NCBI RefSeq assembly: GCF_006345805.1
Contig: NC_042998.1
Coordinates: 62,496,001 to 62,560,000, forward strand
Length of the DNA stretch: 64,000 bases
Direction: 5' to 3'
Source: Octopus sinensis
Taxonomy: Eukaryota
Below are positions 41,440 through 55,844 of the stretch, piece after piece. The position numbers were made by a program, and so were the translations under genes. Every line of letters starts with the position of its first letter. Within the stretch, counting starts at the first letter, position 1. The notes beneath the pieces are model-generated. The model was not told the DNA's origin, ran no database searches, and saw only the letters and a list, made by a program, of their open reading frames with translations.

Positions 41440-43095
41440 ATAGGCGCAGGAGTGGTTGTGTGGTAAGAAGCTTGCTTACAGGAATGCGTTGTTGTCAGTG
41501 TCTTTGTTTGCACCGAAAGAAGTGGCCATGCTGGTTTGCAGCGTGGCGGCGAATTAAGTGAAGCTCAACTGCAAGGAAGACTTTTGCTTTTTGGGATTCA
41601 GTGGGGGTTTGTTGTTTGGTGTTTATTTTTTCTTTTCAAGTAAGAAATCCTCACTGAGTTCCGGGCATCTGTCTGCCTGTAGTTGGGCATAAGTATCTCA
41701 CTTAGCGGTGAGAAGTGTGTTTTGGGGGCGTATCTCTCCTTCAATAATTGCGAACATTGTGCTTAGTTTTTACCCATTTTTTGGTGAAATTGTTGTGTGA
41801 CTGTACTGTTTTGTATCCTGGATTACCAAGTGGATTAACCGAGTTGGACAGGAGTACCAAGACAGTCAGAAGAATAGTTTGCTGTGTTTTTTAACTGTTT
41901 TCCTTTCTTCCTTTCTTCATTTTTGTTTTTTTGAACGCTTTGAACGTTTGTTTTTCTGTGAACTTTTTACCCCCCAAAACATGGCAAAAAGGATGAACAA
42001 CACTGCGTTGGAGTTGGAGATTATCCCACCCAAATAGTGGATAAATGACTTTGAAGAGAGGACGTTGGTGTTGAGGACTTACTCAAAGTCGCTCGACACC
42101 ATCACCCTCTTTAAAAAGATAAAAATTGAAAAAGAGTTGGCAGAGTATCTGCCATCTATAAAATAATAAAATTTCCAGGGTTGGAGGTCAAGTATGCAAC
42201 GGTGTGGTTGCTATTTCACATTCCTGGGGAGGCTCGCAAATTTGCGAGCCAGCCCTTAGTGGGCAAAGAAATTTTGTTTCTTCCCACGTATTATGGGAAG
42301 AAGTTCACAAGAGCTTGGGTCTGTGGGTTGCCACTTGGGATAGAATCCGAGTGGATAGAAGATACTATCCGCCGGGGTCTGGGTGGCAGCGGATCCAAGC
42401 TGCTTAATGTAAAAATTTTGCCGGCTGTTGATTGGGTTGGGTCAAAATAACTTCCTTTCATCTTTCATTATATAATTTCATTCCCTCCATTAGTTTCGTT
42501 TTTTTTTTGTGTCCAACTTGTGCTGTCCCCTCTGTATAAGGCGATTATTGCCAATTTCATAAAATAAAGAAATTTCCTATCCAACCACATAGTTTCGAGT
42601 TCATTCTCACTGCGTGGCACCTTGGGCAAGTGTCTTCTACCATAACCTCGGGTTGACCAAAGCCTTGTGAGTGTATTTCGCCAATGAAAACTATATATAT
42701 ATATATACATATGAAATGGAGAAATTGTATAAAATGTATATATAGATGAAGAGTAAAGCACCGGTAAAGTTTCAATTACCTGTTGTTATCCGTAGATTTA
42801 TTGCAGGAACTTCGTAGTGGCGGCTGGGGTAACAGTATTAATAAAATATTTGTGTGTATTTGTGTGTGAGTATGTGCGTGTGCGTGTGTGTGTGCCTTTG
42901 AGTGTATTTGTCCCCCACCACCGCTTGGCAACCAACGTCGGTATTTTTACGTACTTGTAAACTTTTAAACAGTTCGACAAAAGTAACCGATAAAATAAGT
43001 ACGAGGCTTAAAAAAGGACTAGAGTCGATTCGTTCGATTAAAATACTTAAAGGCGGTGCCTCACGTTAATGACTGATACCAGTAAAAGTAAGAAA
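41440..43095 (+). mobile_element. SINE family A copy interrupted by a Tx1/L1-like insert
   Basis: Head at 41440-41479, body resumes at 42568-42700, 3' half at 42850-43095. Confidence 0.75.
41480..42567 (+). mobile_element. Second ORF1-only Tx1/L1-like element (shorter, decayed)
   Basis: EERTLVLRTY...FLPTYYGKKFTRAWVCGLP is homologous to the 9.7-kb ORF1 (EEETIVYRTY...LLPVYLGRLASRVRVENIP). Same 3' end cttgtgctgtcccctct...caatttcataaaataa. Confidence 0.7.
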
Positions 43096-43729
43096 AGACA
43101 AGATGAAGAAGAAAGGGAATTATTTATCTAAAAGCAAAAACAAAAAGGAAACAGCCCTTATTTTCCTTTGATTAATCTCTGCATGGTTCGACTTCTAAAC
43201 TTTTCGAAGCTCTCTGTAATCGAGCAAGTCAAATAGAACATTTTTTCATTTCGTAAACATCTTTCGCTTCGAGAAGCGACATGAAAAGTGAACGATAATA
43301 CTCCTTGTTTATGCAAGCGTTTGTAAAACCTTATAAAATCCTGAAGATATATATTCACAAGAAGCTTCAAAAGATTATTCAAATAGCAATGCTAAATGTG
43401 TACAATCTCATAGAAATTTACCAAAAGAAGCAATAGAAATGAGAAATTAGGAGATACATCAAGGACGAAGATGTTTAGAGGATGGAAGTTAAAAAAATAC
43501 ACTTCATGATCATTCCATAAAATGAATAAATATATTCGAAAGCAGCAAAATCGTTGTTATTACTGTGATTTAAACCCAGATAATCCCTGATCAAAAACCG
43601 TGTAGCAAGAGTTACATTATCCAGTGTGTCCTTTTTTTCAACAAGGTAAGGTGTAATCTGAAAGAACATTTACTTTCTATTTCTTGAAGCACAACAAAAC
43701 CCGGAAAAATACAATCAAAACTAATCACC

Positions 43730-44006
43730 GTGATCACCGTGATCGACCAGGCTATCAGATGTTGCTACACATCGCTGATCACAATGCGCTTCAAATGACG
43801 CCGCCCCACTGGCTAAGTATGCAGGCCAACAGAAGAAAGAGTGAGAGAAAGTTGCGGCGAGAGAAGACAGCAGGGATCGCCACCACCCACTGGAGCTTTA
43901 GGTGTTCTCGCTCAATAAACACTCACAACGCCCGGTCTGGGAATCGAAACCGCGATCCTACGACAGCGAGTCCTCTGCCCTAACCACTGGGCCATTGCAC
44001 TTCCAC
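43730..44006 (-). mobile_element. SINE with a family C-type head
   Basis: Head shared with the 36903 and 38630 copies (cgcccggtctgggaatcgaaaccgcgatcc...ctaaccactgggccatt). Confidence 0.75.
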
Positions 44007-47000
44007 ACAATCAAAACTAATAACAGTAATAAAAACGCGTATCAGGACAATTCCCTCCCGATGACAACTGCTCCCTAGGGCAATTACCCCCTCTCTAATA
44101 TATTAAGAAGTTTTAAATCATCATCTGTTGTCCTCAGGGGTATGTCCTTGCGGGGTTCTTTTCCATGGGGTTACGGTTAGGGTTAGGATCCTAGACTCAT
44201 AAAAATTATCATTTTAAGCAAGTTGAGGTTTAGTTTCGTAAATAAATTTGAAATTATTTTGATCCACGGAGAGCATGTGACAAACGAACGTACAGGGAAA
44301 TAAAACTCTTATTATAAAACAGATTATTGTTGGTTCTCTTTTTACTCGGGGTCACACTTAATCGAGCAGACTTATGACCAAAAACTTTCCAAACGTGACC
44401 ATCCTTTCATATTTCTTTTATACAGTGTGTATAGGACTGTAATTTAACGTGTCCTTCCATTATTTTAAATTGGTAGGGTGTGGTATGAAATATATCTGAC
44501 TGATATTTTTAGGAGCCCGAATAATAACGCAGCCCTTATGTTACGGAGGGCCTCTAATAGCGAGAACGTCTATGCCATAGAGGCTCTCCTGTTGGCTTAT
44601 CTGAGTCATAATAGAGTGATACACGGTTTCGAACCTATAAGGAGAGGCACTGATAAAACAAAATTGCTGGCCTTGCTAACGATTCTGCCAGCTCACTGCC
44701 TTAAGTAGACTTGATCCGTCTTCCAGTTCAGCACCATTGCTTGGCACATTGAATATCTTTAGTCCTCTTCGTTGTAAGTATTCGTAACTTTGAGGACATT
44801 TTCTTCCCTTCCTCTCTCCGTCCCTTCCTCCTCAGTGTCGGAGGTAACGAAAAGCGTCATGGGTGCTAACTTACCCCCTGACTAAATGGTAAAATGTATG
44901 TCTAGGGTGGGGAAGGTAGGCAGCTAAATTGTTCAGGGAAGCAGCTACCGTTGTAGTAGCTGTAGACAAGTTAAGGTGAGGATAAATATGCGTGGGTCTG
45001 TATATAGAGGGTGTAGTGTGTTGGTGAGTGGAACAATCCGCAGCGTGGCCATGTCTGGAGAGAAGAAAAAACTGTTGTAACAACAGAATAAACAGAAGGA
45101 AGACACCCTGAGTTTCGGAGTCTGTTGATGAACGAATCATCGACGTTCAGCAGTGGAGGACATAATTAGCTGGTTTTAAAGAGCAGATATGGAATATTAT
45201 TCCCTATTCTGTAACTATTATTCTGGTTGTGATGGAGTACATTGAATGAGGTAACTCACGTTTATGAGGCAGCGTGTGTTGTTTGTTGGCCAGTGAGTAT
45301 GTATAAAAAAGCTAGTAAGAGGAACAGAGGCCGTTACAGTGGTGATATAATAATGGAAAGACACCATGCATGAAGGTCAGAGGAAATGTAGCGTGTCTTT
45401 ACGAATTAGTTGGCCTTCATTTAACCACGATTCAAGATGTTTGCGTGTATAATAGCCGTGCCGTCTGCAGGAACTATATTATTCCATAGTGGATAAAGCT
45501 GCGATCCAATAGAACCGTTAACACGTCAGAAATAATGTTTAGTTTCACACGAGGTCGACTTTCCTTTTTATCCTTTTATCATTTCGGGATAAAATGGAAC
45601 GCAAGCCAAGTACTGGGGGTCGATGTAATCGATTAAGACCTCTTTCTCTAAAATCACTGGTCCTAGTGCTAAAATATTCAATCGTAAAACTTATCTAATC
45701 TTTGTTGATGGTCTGTAGTTGTACGGGCAGATGCAGTCTGGTTTCAATGAAAAATAATAGTCTTTGTGATGTAATTTAAGCTACGCCATGAAATTGGGAT
45801 CAGTAGGAATGATAATAAGAGATTGTAGGAAGTCGCAATTGTTGCGACTTCTCACTCATTGCGTGTTGCTCAATACTAGAGAAAACCTTTGTCAGAGAGA
45901 TAAAAGGCTGCTGTCGTGAAGCAACACCGACTGTTGATTCGGCTCTTACAAATATTTCTTTTACTGCTGCGTTACAGAAAATATTTCGTTTTGAAGTAGG
46001 ATGAAAACACACAAAATACCTATGAACTTTATTGTTGATCTGCTTCTAATTTCTGGTTGGATTTATCTAAATATAATTTTCCTTACTGTGATTAATTATT
46101 CCTCCACGAAGCGATGTTGGTATAAAGCCTTATTTTCTATTCCATATATCAGTGGTTCTTGCATCTATGTAAACATGTTAATACGTTGAATCTCTATTCA
46201 TTTCAGTGGGGAAGTAATTTTAAGTAACTGAATTAAAACTGTCAATCTATGATTTTCCCTTACAGGCTTTGTGTAAATGTCTGCATTGTGAAACTTCAAA
46301 AAAAGGGGTTGTATTATTTATATAAGAATAAACCAAGCGATATTCTATACGAAGACTGCAATTTATAAAGAGTTCTGAATCATAATCTTCAACCTGCTCA
46401 CATAGTATCCTGACACATTGAAATGAAATGGTCACTGACAGGAAAATCTTAAGAAGGTGCCGTAAGACAATAGGCACGAGGATCCTGAGGAAGTTTAAAG
46501 ACAGGATATGAGACGCCAAATAAGAGGACAAACCATTAAAAGTATTGATAATACTGAAGCAGCTGATGTGGTTATTGCTGTTAAAGGCAATCCTGTCTAC
46601 GGAAGTTGAAGTGGTTCTTCTAACGGCTAGTAATGTTGAGTGGCCAATTGTTGGATGAATACAGCACGTAATTACTGCTCCCTCTTCTCTCTCTTTCACT
46701 CTGTGTCTCTCTCTGTTTCTATCTCTCTCTGACCACCTCTCTCTGTCTCTAGAACACATACAGATAATGGATAATGTACATTTATTGGGAGCTAACAATT
46801 GTTTCGGTTAAGCAATGAAGGGATTTAGTTCCATAGATCAATTTCATTGATCTATCGATTCAAGGCCTGAAAAGAATAGAAAATAAAGTATTTTTGCTTT
46901 TATTCCGCCTGTTAGTTACATTTAGGGTACGCGTATCTGTGGAGTACTCGGCCACTTACAGAACGAGGTTTAGTACCAGACTAGGATTCAGTAGCTTTTG

Positions 47001-47096
47001 GTAAGTTTTGGGTTGTTATTGGTATATTCTTCATGGGTAAGTGTCTAAAATGTTACTGCATCAATTTCTGCTTCAGAAAAGGATGCAGCAACATCT

Positions 47097-47475
47097 AAGA
47101 CAGGAGTGGCTGTGTGGTAAGTAGCTTGCTTCCCTACCACATGGCTCGGGTTCAGTCCCACTGCGTTGCGCCTTGGGAAAATGTTTTCTACTATAACCTC
47201 GGGCCGACCAAGGCCTTGTGAGTGGATTTAGTAGGCAGAAACTGAAAGACGCCCGTCGTGTATATATAATTATATGTGTGTGTATATGAATGTCTGTGTA
47301 TCTGTGTTTGTCCCCCACCATAGCTTGACAACCGATGTTGGTGTGTTCAGGTCCCCATAACTTAGCGGTTCGGCAAAATGAACCAATAGAATAAGTCCTG
47401 GGGTTGATTTGTTCGACTAAAGGTGGTGCTCCAGCATGGTCGCAGTCAAATGACTGAAACAAATAAAAGAATAAA
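47097..47475 (+). mobile_element. SINE family A, full length
   Basis: caggagtggctgtgtggtaag head, central TA/TG microsatellite, conserved tail. Confidence 0.85.
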
Positions 47476-47499
47476 AGACTCTATATAAATATATATATA

Positions 47500-47760
47500 T
47501 ATATCTTAATATATAAAATCCATTCTGTCTGTCTCTCTGTCTGTCTGTTTGTGTGCTTATAACTCGAGTATTGTTCATCAGATCGCGCTGAAACTTTAAA
47601 GATGGATACATGAAAGAGCGGGGCGTTCCGTAATCTCAACAGATTTTCAAATGTTTTACTTTCAAAGTGAGAATCGCTATTTTTGTAATCTTTTAAACCT
47701 GTTTGTTCCGACATTAAAATCAACCAGTTGCTCAGACAGCCGGCAATACCATTTTGCTAG
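47500..47760 (+). mobile_element. Possible non-autonomous Helitron
   Basis: Starts tcttaatatataaaat, has a (CTGT)n tract near the 5' end, ends ...gccgg...gctag. Confidence 0.35.
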
Positions 47761-48374
47761 CAACAAGGGGAGTACAGGATGATAGTCAGCCAAGACCGTC
47801 ACTATACTGTCTCTCTTATGACGTCCAATTCCACTTGAAGTTGTATATATATTGTGTTAAGATTCGTTATCAATCAATTATCATTATTGAGAAAAAACAG
47901 TCAAAAGTAACCACCACATACAATCATCAAACATCTCCACTACTTAAAACCGTCCCTCTTCACCTTTACATCTGACATGAAAAACTACTAATTAAGCAAA
48001 AAAGAGAAAAAATTGATTGAGAAAACGCGTAAAATTTTGGGGTTAATAATCTTAATCTTTAGTTACAGTTTCTCATTAAAACTACATAATAGGCAGAATT
48101 ATCGGATTAAGACAGTAGGGTGTTTGGAGGGAGATTTGGCTGTTATTTCTATCAGATCTAGTTACCATGTAGACGTTTCCCTCATTGGCTTATACATACA
48201 TGTATACATAAAGTCGAAATAAAATACTTAAAGCAACAGGCTTCAAATACAAAAACCAAGATCCATGCAGTGTCATAGGCCAAAATAATTTCCTGCTTCT
48301 TGGCTAATGCAAGCCCAGAACAATCTCTTATCTCTTAGACTATTTCAGTATGACGTCTCTATTGTAATGTGAGA

Positions 48375-48945
48375 TACTGTCCTATATATATACTGCTGCC
48401 CACTGTGGTCTCTCCATACAAGACAAAAAATCTCGAGGATTGAGTCACCCCAGAGGGCACTCACTAAATGAATTGAAGGCATGGCTGCTCTCGATTATTG
48501 GGATCGCCTTAAAGCCTTGAAACTCTACTCTCTCCAGCGTCGCCGTCAGCGGTACATCATTTGTACGATGTGGAGAATATACCGCCAACTTTGTCCAAAC
48601 GACCTGAACATTAGCTTCAAGGTTCATCCAAGACTGGGACCACGGGCCATACGTCCCCTGCCCAATTAAAAATCACAGAATACATGTACACCGCAACATA
48701 ATTTCTTTTCCTCAACCAGCCCTGCCCTATTTAACATTGTCCTGAAAGAGATCAAAGAGGAAAAGGATCCCATCAACTTTAAACGGAGTCTGGATAGATT
48801 CCTTCAAAGAATACCAGATAAGCCACGGACCATAAACAAAACTTGACTTAAACAGGATTCGAATAATCATATCAGGTGGTGCTATTAAATTAGACATGGC
48901 CTGGACCAATCTTTGGTCGAAACATATCTAAGTTTTATCTAAGTT
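48375..48945 (+). mobile_element. CR1-clade LINE 3' fragment
   Basis: YCCPLWS...IESPQRALTK*IEGMAALDYWDRLKALKLYSLQRRR. Tandem tail tatctaagtt x2. Confidence 0.8.
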
Positions 48946-48965
48946 TATATATATATATATATATA

Positions 48966-48998
<33 letters not shown>

Positions 48999-49199
48999 GA
49001 GCTATTTTTCATTATTTTTTCTAAAAATACTCTAGTAAACACGGTTATAGAACGAGCATACAGATGTAAGCATTGGCAGAAACATACTTTTAGTGCATAT
49101 AAGTAGTCTCTATCATTATATATAGTTTAAACTTTAATTTCCTTTATATTTAACATTCACTATTAATATCCCTACTCTTTCTGTTAGCTATTTATGACG

Positions 49200-50022
49200 T
49201 TAGTTAGTTAGTTAGTTAGTTAGTTAATTTGTCTCAAAAGCAAATAGCAAGGCCATGTAGGGGGACATGGAGTTAAGTACAGGGTGGTGTTCATGTAAAG
49301 AGTTCAGGCCACTTGAGGTCAAGGGAGGCTTTGAACAAAGCGGTCGTCGGCATCTTCACCATCTCGTCTGGCAGCTTGTTCCACGGATCCGCAACCCGGA
49401 CGGAGAAAGCTCCTCTCCTTCGATTGAGATGAAATCGTCGCAGGTAGAGCTTTTCGAAATGACTCCGCAGCCGACGCTCTGGAGCAGGAGTGAAGAACAG
49501 CTCTTTCGAGAGGTTACACTTTCCGCTTATGATGTTGTGGGCGAGAATGAGATCACCACGGCGGCGGCGTTTTTCAAGAGAATAAAGGTCGAGCGTCCTC
49601 AGCCTTTCTTCGTAGGACAAATTTTTGAGACCATGAACCATGCGGGTAGCCAGCTTCTGGACTCTTTCGAGATGCTGTATGTCTTTGAGGAGATAAGGAG
49701 AAGAGGCTTGAATCCATACTCCAATATGGGTCTCACCAGCGTGACATAGAGTGGTAGGAATATGGCTGCTGTGAGCATTCCGAATGACCGTCGAATCAAG
49801 AACAGAATTCCGCGTGCTTTGTTGGCAGCATGGACGCACTGGGCCGAAGGCGAAAAGGAGGAATCCACCAAGATACCTAGGTCCTTTACCTGATCGGTCC
49901 TCTCCAGCAGCAGACGACCCGGCTCGAAATCAAGTTGAGTTGCAGGAGGAGAGCCGACAGGCAGATGACAGCACTTTGACACGTTCAGACACAGGTCCCA
50001 ATCGTTAGACCACTTCCAAATT
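49200..50022 (-). mobile_element. CR1-clade LINE 3' fragment (relatively young)
   Basis: VKDLGILVDSSFS...LYVTLVRPILEYG / LERVQKLATR...SYEERLRTLDLYSLEKRRRRGDLI with one frameshift. (TAAC)n tail at 49200-49225. Confidence 0.92.
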
Positions 50023-50661
50023 TGGTGGCGTTATATCGTATAACGTTTTTTTAAACAATATTAATAGCGTTCTGTCTATCGCTATACGAATCCATCATTT
50101 TTTGCTAAAATGTCGTATTGACGAGTTTCGTTTTTTCACTTTCCCGAAGAGAAAATTGCATTGTTTATACCTTTTATTCTTTTGAATAGTATCAGTGGAA
50201 TTTTCGAAACATATGTAGAAAGTAAAAATACTTGTTTAAACCTGCGTTAACTCCATTTTTTATTCATATATATATATATAATATATATATATAATATATA
50301 TATATATATATTCCTTATGCATTCCAAAACCGAGCTACATATTTTGACGTATGGGGTATCAAAAGGTTCAGTACTATTTCGGCTACCAATTAAACTTAAT
50401 TTCCATTCACATATTTGCATTTCAACAATTTAATATATTTTCCATAAATCAACTATCGTAAACATTTTATACAATAACGTCGCATTTTCTATATGTCTGT
50501 GTACCTTAAAAGACATCAGTCATCAAGACACACACCATCACTCACTCACTCTATCTCTCTTTCTCACCCTCTTTCTCTCTCACATACACACGCGCACGCA
50601 CACACGCACGCACACACACACGCACTCACAAACACACGCACACACACACACACACAACACA

Positions 50662-50712
<51 letters not shown>

Positions 50713-50895
50713 CATTTCATACAGATGTACATACATCCTTTACTTTCTTTCTCTGTTTTTTTTTCACTTTCTCTAATTTCAATTCCTGCTCTCTTCAAAT
50801 AAATTTTTACAGATACAACTGCTTACAAAAACAGGGATTAATGCATAATTTTTTTTCTATGTTCATAATGTTTTGTTTACAATATTGGAAAAAAT

Positions 50896-51500
50896 ATGCC
50901 ACCAAAGAAAAGACGTAATCTCTGCAGAAGCAAGTATAAAGCGAGGAGGATTGTAGAAAACCGAAGGCGAGAGTCTGAAGAGAGAAGCTAGATGAGATTT
51001 TCACAAGATCAGCAAATGCATGTTGCAGCACTTAATGCTGGATCATTAAATCAATGTTTTAATGAATAGACAGTGGTCCAATAGAATAGCTCTACGTACA
51101 ATCTCGTTCTTCACAACTCCTGAAGCTGTTTTCAGATATGATCCATTCCATTTTCATAAAAAAAAATAACTGTCCAAATTGGTGTGCTAAACACAAATTG
51201 TCTTTTCTGTAGAGCTTTAAAATTTTCAAATGAAACAAATATTACGTGATACTCAGGCGGTCAGGTAGCATTTCCAGCACTACCAGCTTCTTCTCAACCT
51301 CTTATAGATTTTTTAGATGCCATTTCCATCCAGTCAAAGGATTTTCTGCACAATATCAGACAATACAACTCTGCAAATGACAACGTTTGATGCATCTAAG
51401 AAGATAGATAAACGAATTGGTTCCCTTTTACCTATAAAGGAACAACCAGTTTCTCCAAATTTACTTTATGAGTGATGTAGGAAAACACACCCGAAGGAGG
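50896..51500 (+). pseudogene. Helitron RepHel N-terminal relic
   Basis: MPPKKRRN... then IGVLNTNCLFCRALKFSNET...SGGQV.FPAL, FLHNIRQYNSA, RIGSLLP and FLQIYFM: characteristic Helitron N-terminal motifs, with stops and frameshifts. Confidence 0.8.
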
Positions 51501-51585
51501 TGTCAACATTTCAGATGATGGGTTGTGTTAGACACAGTACCGACTGGACAGCTTTTCAGTTCGTTTAAAAATATATATTAATCTA

Positions 51586-51820
51586 AGGCGGGCGAGCTGG
51601 CAGAAACGTTAGAACGGCGGCCGAAAATCTTAGCGCTATTTCGTCTGCCGCTACGTTCTAAGTTCACATTCCGCCGAGGTAGACTTTTTCTTTCATCCTT
51701 TCGGGGTCGATTAAATAAGTACCAGTTACGCACTGGGTTCGATGGAATCGACTTAATCTCTTTGTCTGCCCTTGTTTTTCCCCTCTATGCTTAGCCCCCT
51801 GTGAGCAATAAAGAAATAAA
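51586..51820 (+). mobile_element. SINE family B monomer with a Tx1-like tail
   Basis: Ends ccttgtttttcccctctatgcttagccccctgtgagcaataaagaaata. Confidence 0.8.
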
Positions 51821-51956
51821 TATATATGAATCTATCTATCTCTGTGTTGGTTCAAGTTTGTCTGTCGCATTTTTCTCTCGCTCTTTCACGATATGTATAC
51901 ACACACATGTGTGTATATATATATATATATATTATATATATATATATAACACACAC

Positions 51957-51999
<43 letters not shown>

Positions 52000-52005
<6 letters not shown>

Positions 52006-52106
52006 GGGGTATGAAAAGTTTACGCCTTCAAGGCCTTTGAGCCTTGAAGTCTTGTACCATGTTTTATTTTTTTTGATGCTCAAAATCTTTTCATACACTC
52101 CTCGTA
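52000..52106. mobile_element. ~105-bp mariner-type MITE
   Basis: TIRs tatgagggggtatgaaaag / cttttcatacactcctcgta with TA flanks. Confidence 0.6.
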
Positions 52107-52208
52107 TATAGGCATACACAAACGCACGCATACACACACAAGCATATATGTATGTGTACGTTGAGGATGAAAGAGGGGTAGACACAGGCACATATAAAGA
52201 TTGATTAA

Positions 52209-52596
52209 TAGACGTAGGAGTGACTGTGTGGTAAGTAGCTTGCTTACCAACCACATGGTTCCGGGATCAGTCCCACTGCGTTGTATCTTGGGCAAGTGCC
52301 TTCTACTATAGCCTCGGGCCGACTAAAGTCTTGTGAGTGGATTTGGTAGACGGAAACTGAAAGAAGCCCGTCGTATATATGTGTATGTGTGTGTGTATAT
52401 GTTTGTGTTCGTATTTATCCCCACAACATCTCTTGACAACCGATGCTGGTGTATTTACGTCTCCGTTACTTAGCGATTCGGCAAAAGGGACCGATAGAAT
52501 AAGTGCTAGGCTTACAAAGAGTAAATCCTGGGGTCGATTTGCTCGACTAAAAGGCGATGCTCCAGCATGGTCGCAGTCAAATCACTGGAACAAATA
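52209..52596 (+). mobile_element. SINE family A, full length
   Basis: Same head, central microsatellite and tail as the 47097 copy. Confidence 0.85.
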
Positions 52597-52710
52597 AACG
52601 TGGTGTATGAATATATTTGTATGAAGACACCAATATATAAATGAGAAAAGCATACACCCACATTATATACACGCATACACTTTCATATCTGCACAAAGTT
52701 ATACGCATAG

Positions 52711-52816
<106 letters not shown>

Positions 52817-53338
52817 TGTGTGTGTTGTGTGCCTGTCTAATGGTACATATAGATATGTAAACTAACCTACATAAGTGAATAGATGAAGTCTCGGTTGTTC
52901 CATTAAGCTACATTCCAATATACATGCATGCATACATACATACGTACATACATACATGCATACATACATACATACAAACATACAGAGTCTTACACACATA
53001 CGTATATGAATATGTATGTATATGAGCGTTATGTATATACAAACAAATGTATATGAATGTATGCATATTTATATATATATATGAATGTTTGTATATATCT
53101 ATATACGTGTGTGAATGTATGTATATATATATATGTGTGTGTGTATATGAATGTATGTATATATATATGTATATGAATGTATACATATATATATATATGT
53201 ATATGAATGTATATATATATATACTATGTAGCAAATGGCGATACCCCAGCATGACCACAGCTCGTGAGCTGAAACTAGATAAAAAAATAAAATAAAAATA
53301 CTAATATGTGTGTGTATATGAATGTATGTATATGAATG

Positions 53339-53437
<99 letters not shown>

Positions 53438-53884
53438 GTATATGGAAGTATGCATATATATATGTATATGAATGTATGTATATATATATGTATATGAATG
53501 TATGTATATATATACATATACATACATATATATGTATATATTTTTGTATATATATATGTGTGTGTGTATACACACACACACCTACACACACACACGCACG
53601 CATACACACGCACAAAGATAGATACACACTTTTCGACAGTTCTTGCACCTTTCAACCTTTGATTGTACAGGAATGTAATAAACAAAAAATACATTATATT
53701 CTCGTTTCTGTTTCGCTTAGAGACATATATCAAGTTATCCGGTGATAGCTGCAAATATAGGCTATACAGACTTTTGTCTGAAAATTTACATTTGCACAGA
53801 AAATGGATGTACTGATAACCAATAATTCGCAAACATTGCAAAGATTTGTAACGCATTGCCCGAGGCTGAAATAGAACTTCAACT

Positions 53885-54080
<196 letters not shown>

Positions 54081-54879
54081 CATTGATAGCAACATCAATA
54101 AAAACAATGACAACAACAAGAGCAAGGGCAAGAACAACTTAGACAAGAAATAAGAAGACAGTCAGTAAAGGGAGAGAAACCTTTCGAAAGAAACAATTAT
54201 TTTCTTCCAAAATGGAAAAAAAAAATTCGTCAGAATATCGATATCGAATCATCTTTGATATGAGAATAAAGAGCTATAATAGCTCTGAGATATGCAGCTT
54301 AATTCTAGTCTTTCCCTTTAGGTTAACAGGATAACCGGCAAAATAGTCTTCCATCTTGGACAAGATTCTTATCTCTCGCAGGTAAATTTCATAGAAGCAT
54401 TCATAACTCTATTTCTGTGGAATGGAATATAATTCTGTGAATAAGATAACGTGGGCTCCAAGAATTGTTATCGTTGCTGCTGCTGGTGTTGCTACTGCCG
54501 CTATTAATTAGACGTATGAAGAAAATCTTAAACTGCTGTGACCATCTGGATTAATTTATCAAATGTCCCCTTCTTTATTTATTATAGATGAAAGTGATTG
54601 AAAGGACATTTGGCTGCTATTTTTTGTTATGCTCCAGGGCACCTTTGAGCCAGTAGACCTATGATTAATGGCATCTCCTGTTGAGATCATGCTAGTTCGG
54701 GATAAATTTGAAATTTTTTTTAAATCTCGATTTTTTTTTAGGGACAGTTTGATATGTTGGTGAACAGTCAACGGCGTTTGAAAGCATAATAATTGTTGAG
54801 AAAAATATAGCTGACGTAGAGGAATCGAAGCCAGCCGAGCAGTTGCCTGTATAGTGATGCCAGCACCATGACTGCTGCT

Positions 54880-55250
54880 AAATGCTCTATGACTTCACCA
54901 GGCTCGTTTTTGGCCTCTTAATCCCCTTCATTGTAATCCTATGGATTAATATGATTGGGATGCGGTTGAGAAAGACACCAACGGCTCTGCCTGCAACACA
55001 AAGGCTGACGTGGTGGGCAAGATCAAAGAAGTGTTCGAAAATATCTTCCCAGGGACACAATGAAGAACGCATGCGCCATGTTCCGGAACCGTTTTGAGGC
55101 CATTGTGGAGAGTGAGAACGAGTATTATTATCTTGCAGCTATAATCAAGTTGATATTTTTGATTAAAAAAAAACCTTTTATATTTGGATGGTGTATTCTG
55201 TTTTCTTTTCTTTTTATGCAAACTGTCAACTTTATCCCGAACACCCTATA
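54880..55250 (+). mobile_element. maT/Tc1-like transposase 3' relic with right TIR
   Basis: CNPMD*YDWDAVEKDTN...ACAMFRNRFEAIVES is homologous to 3640-3830. Ends gaacaccctata. Confidence 0.7.
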
Positions 55251-55378
55251 TACATACACACATACATACATACATACATACATACATACATACACATACA
55301 TACATACATACATACATACATGCATACATACATACATACATACATATATAAATATATATATATATGTATATATGTATA

Positions 55379-55456
<78 letters not shown>

Positions 55457-55753
55457 CATACATATATGTACAATTGCACCGTGAAAGGTGTTTATAAGCC
55501 ATTATAAACACACAAAAACCGTTGGATTTACTTCAACATTTAGTTTAGATGTTTTTGGGGGCAAGCAGATCGAACCGTCATAAGTGTAACTGCCCGAAAA
55601 GGTCGTGACTTCTGGTACTTGATTGAGGAAAAAAGGCCACGAATTTTTGCCCGTCCTTCTAATTGTTGTTTCTCTTGTCCGCCTTTGTATCGTCTATGTA
55701 TCCGAATGTTTTATTGTCCTCTATTGCATTTCTGTTCCATTTATATATATATA

Positions 55754-55844
<91 letters not shown>

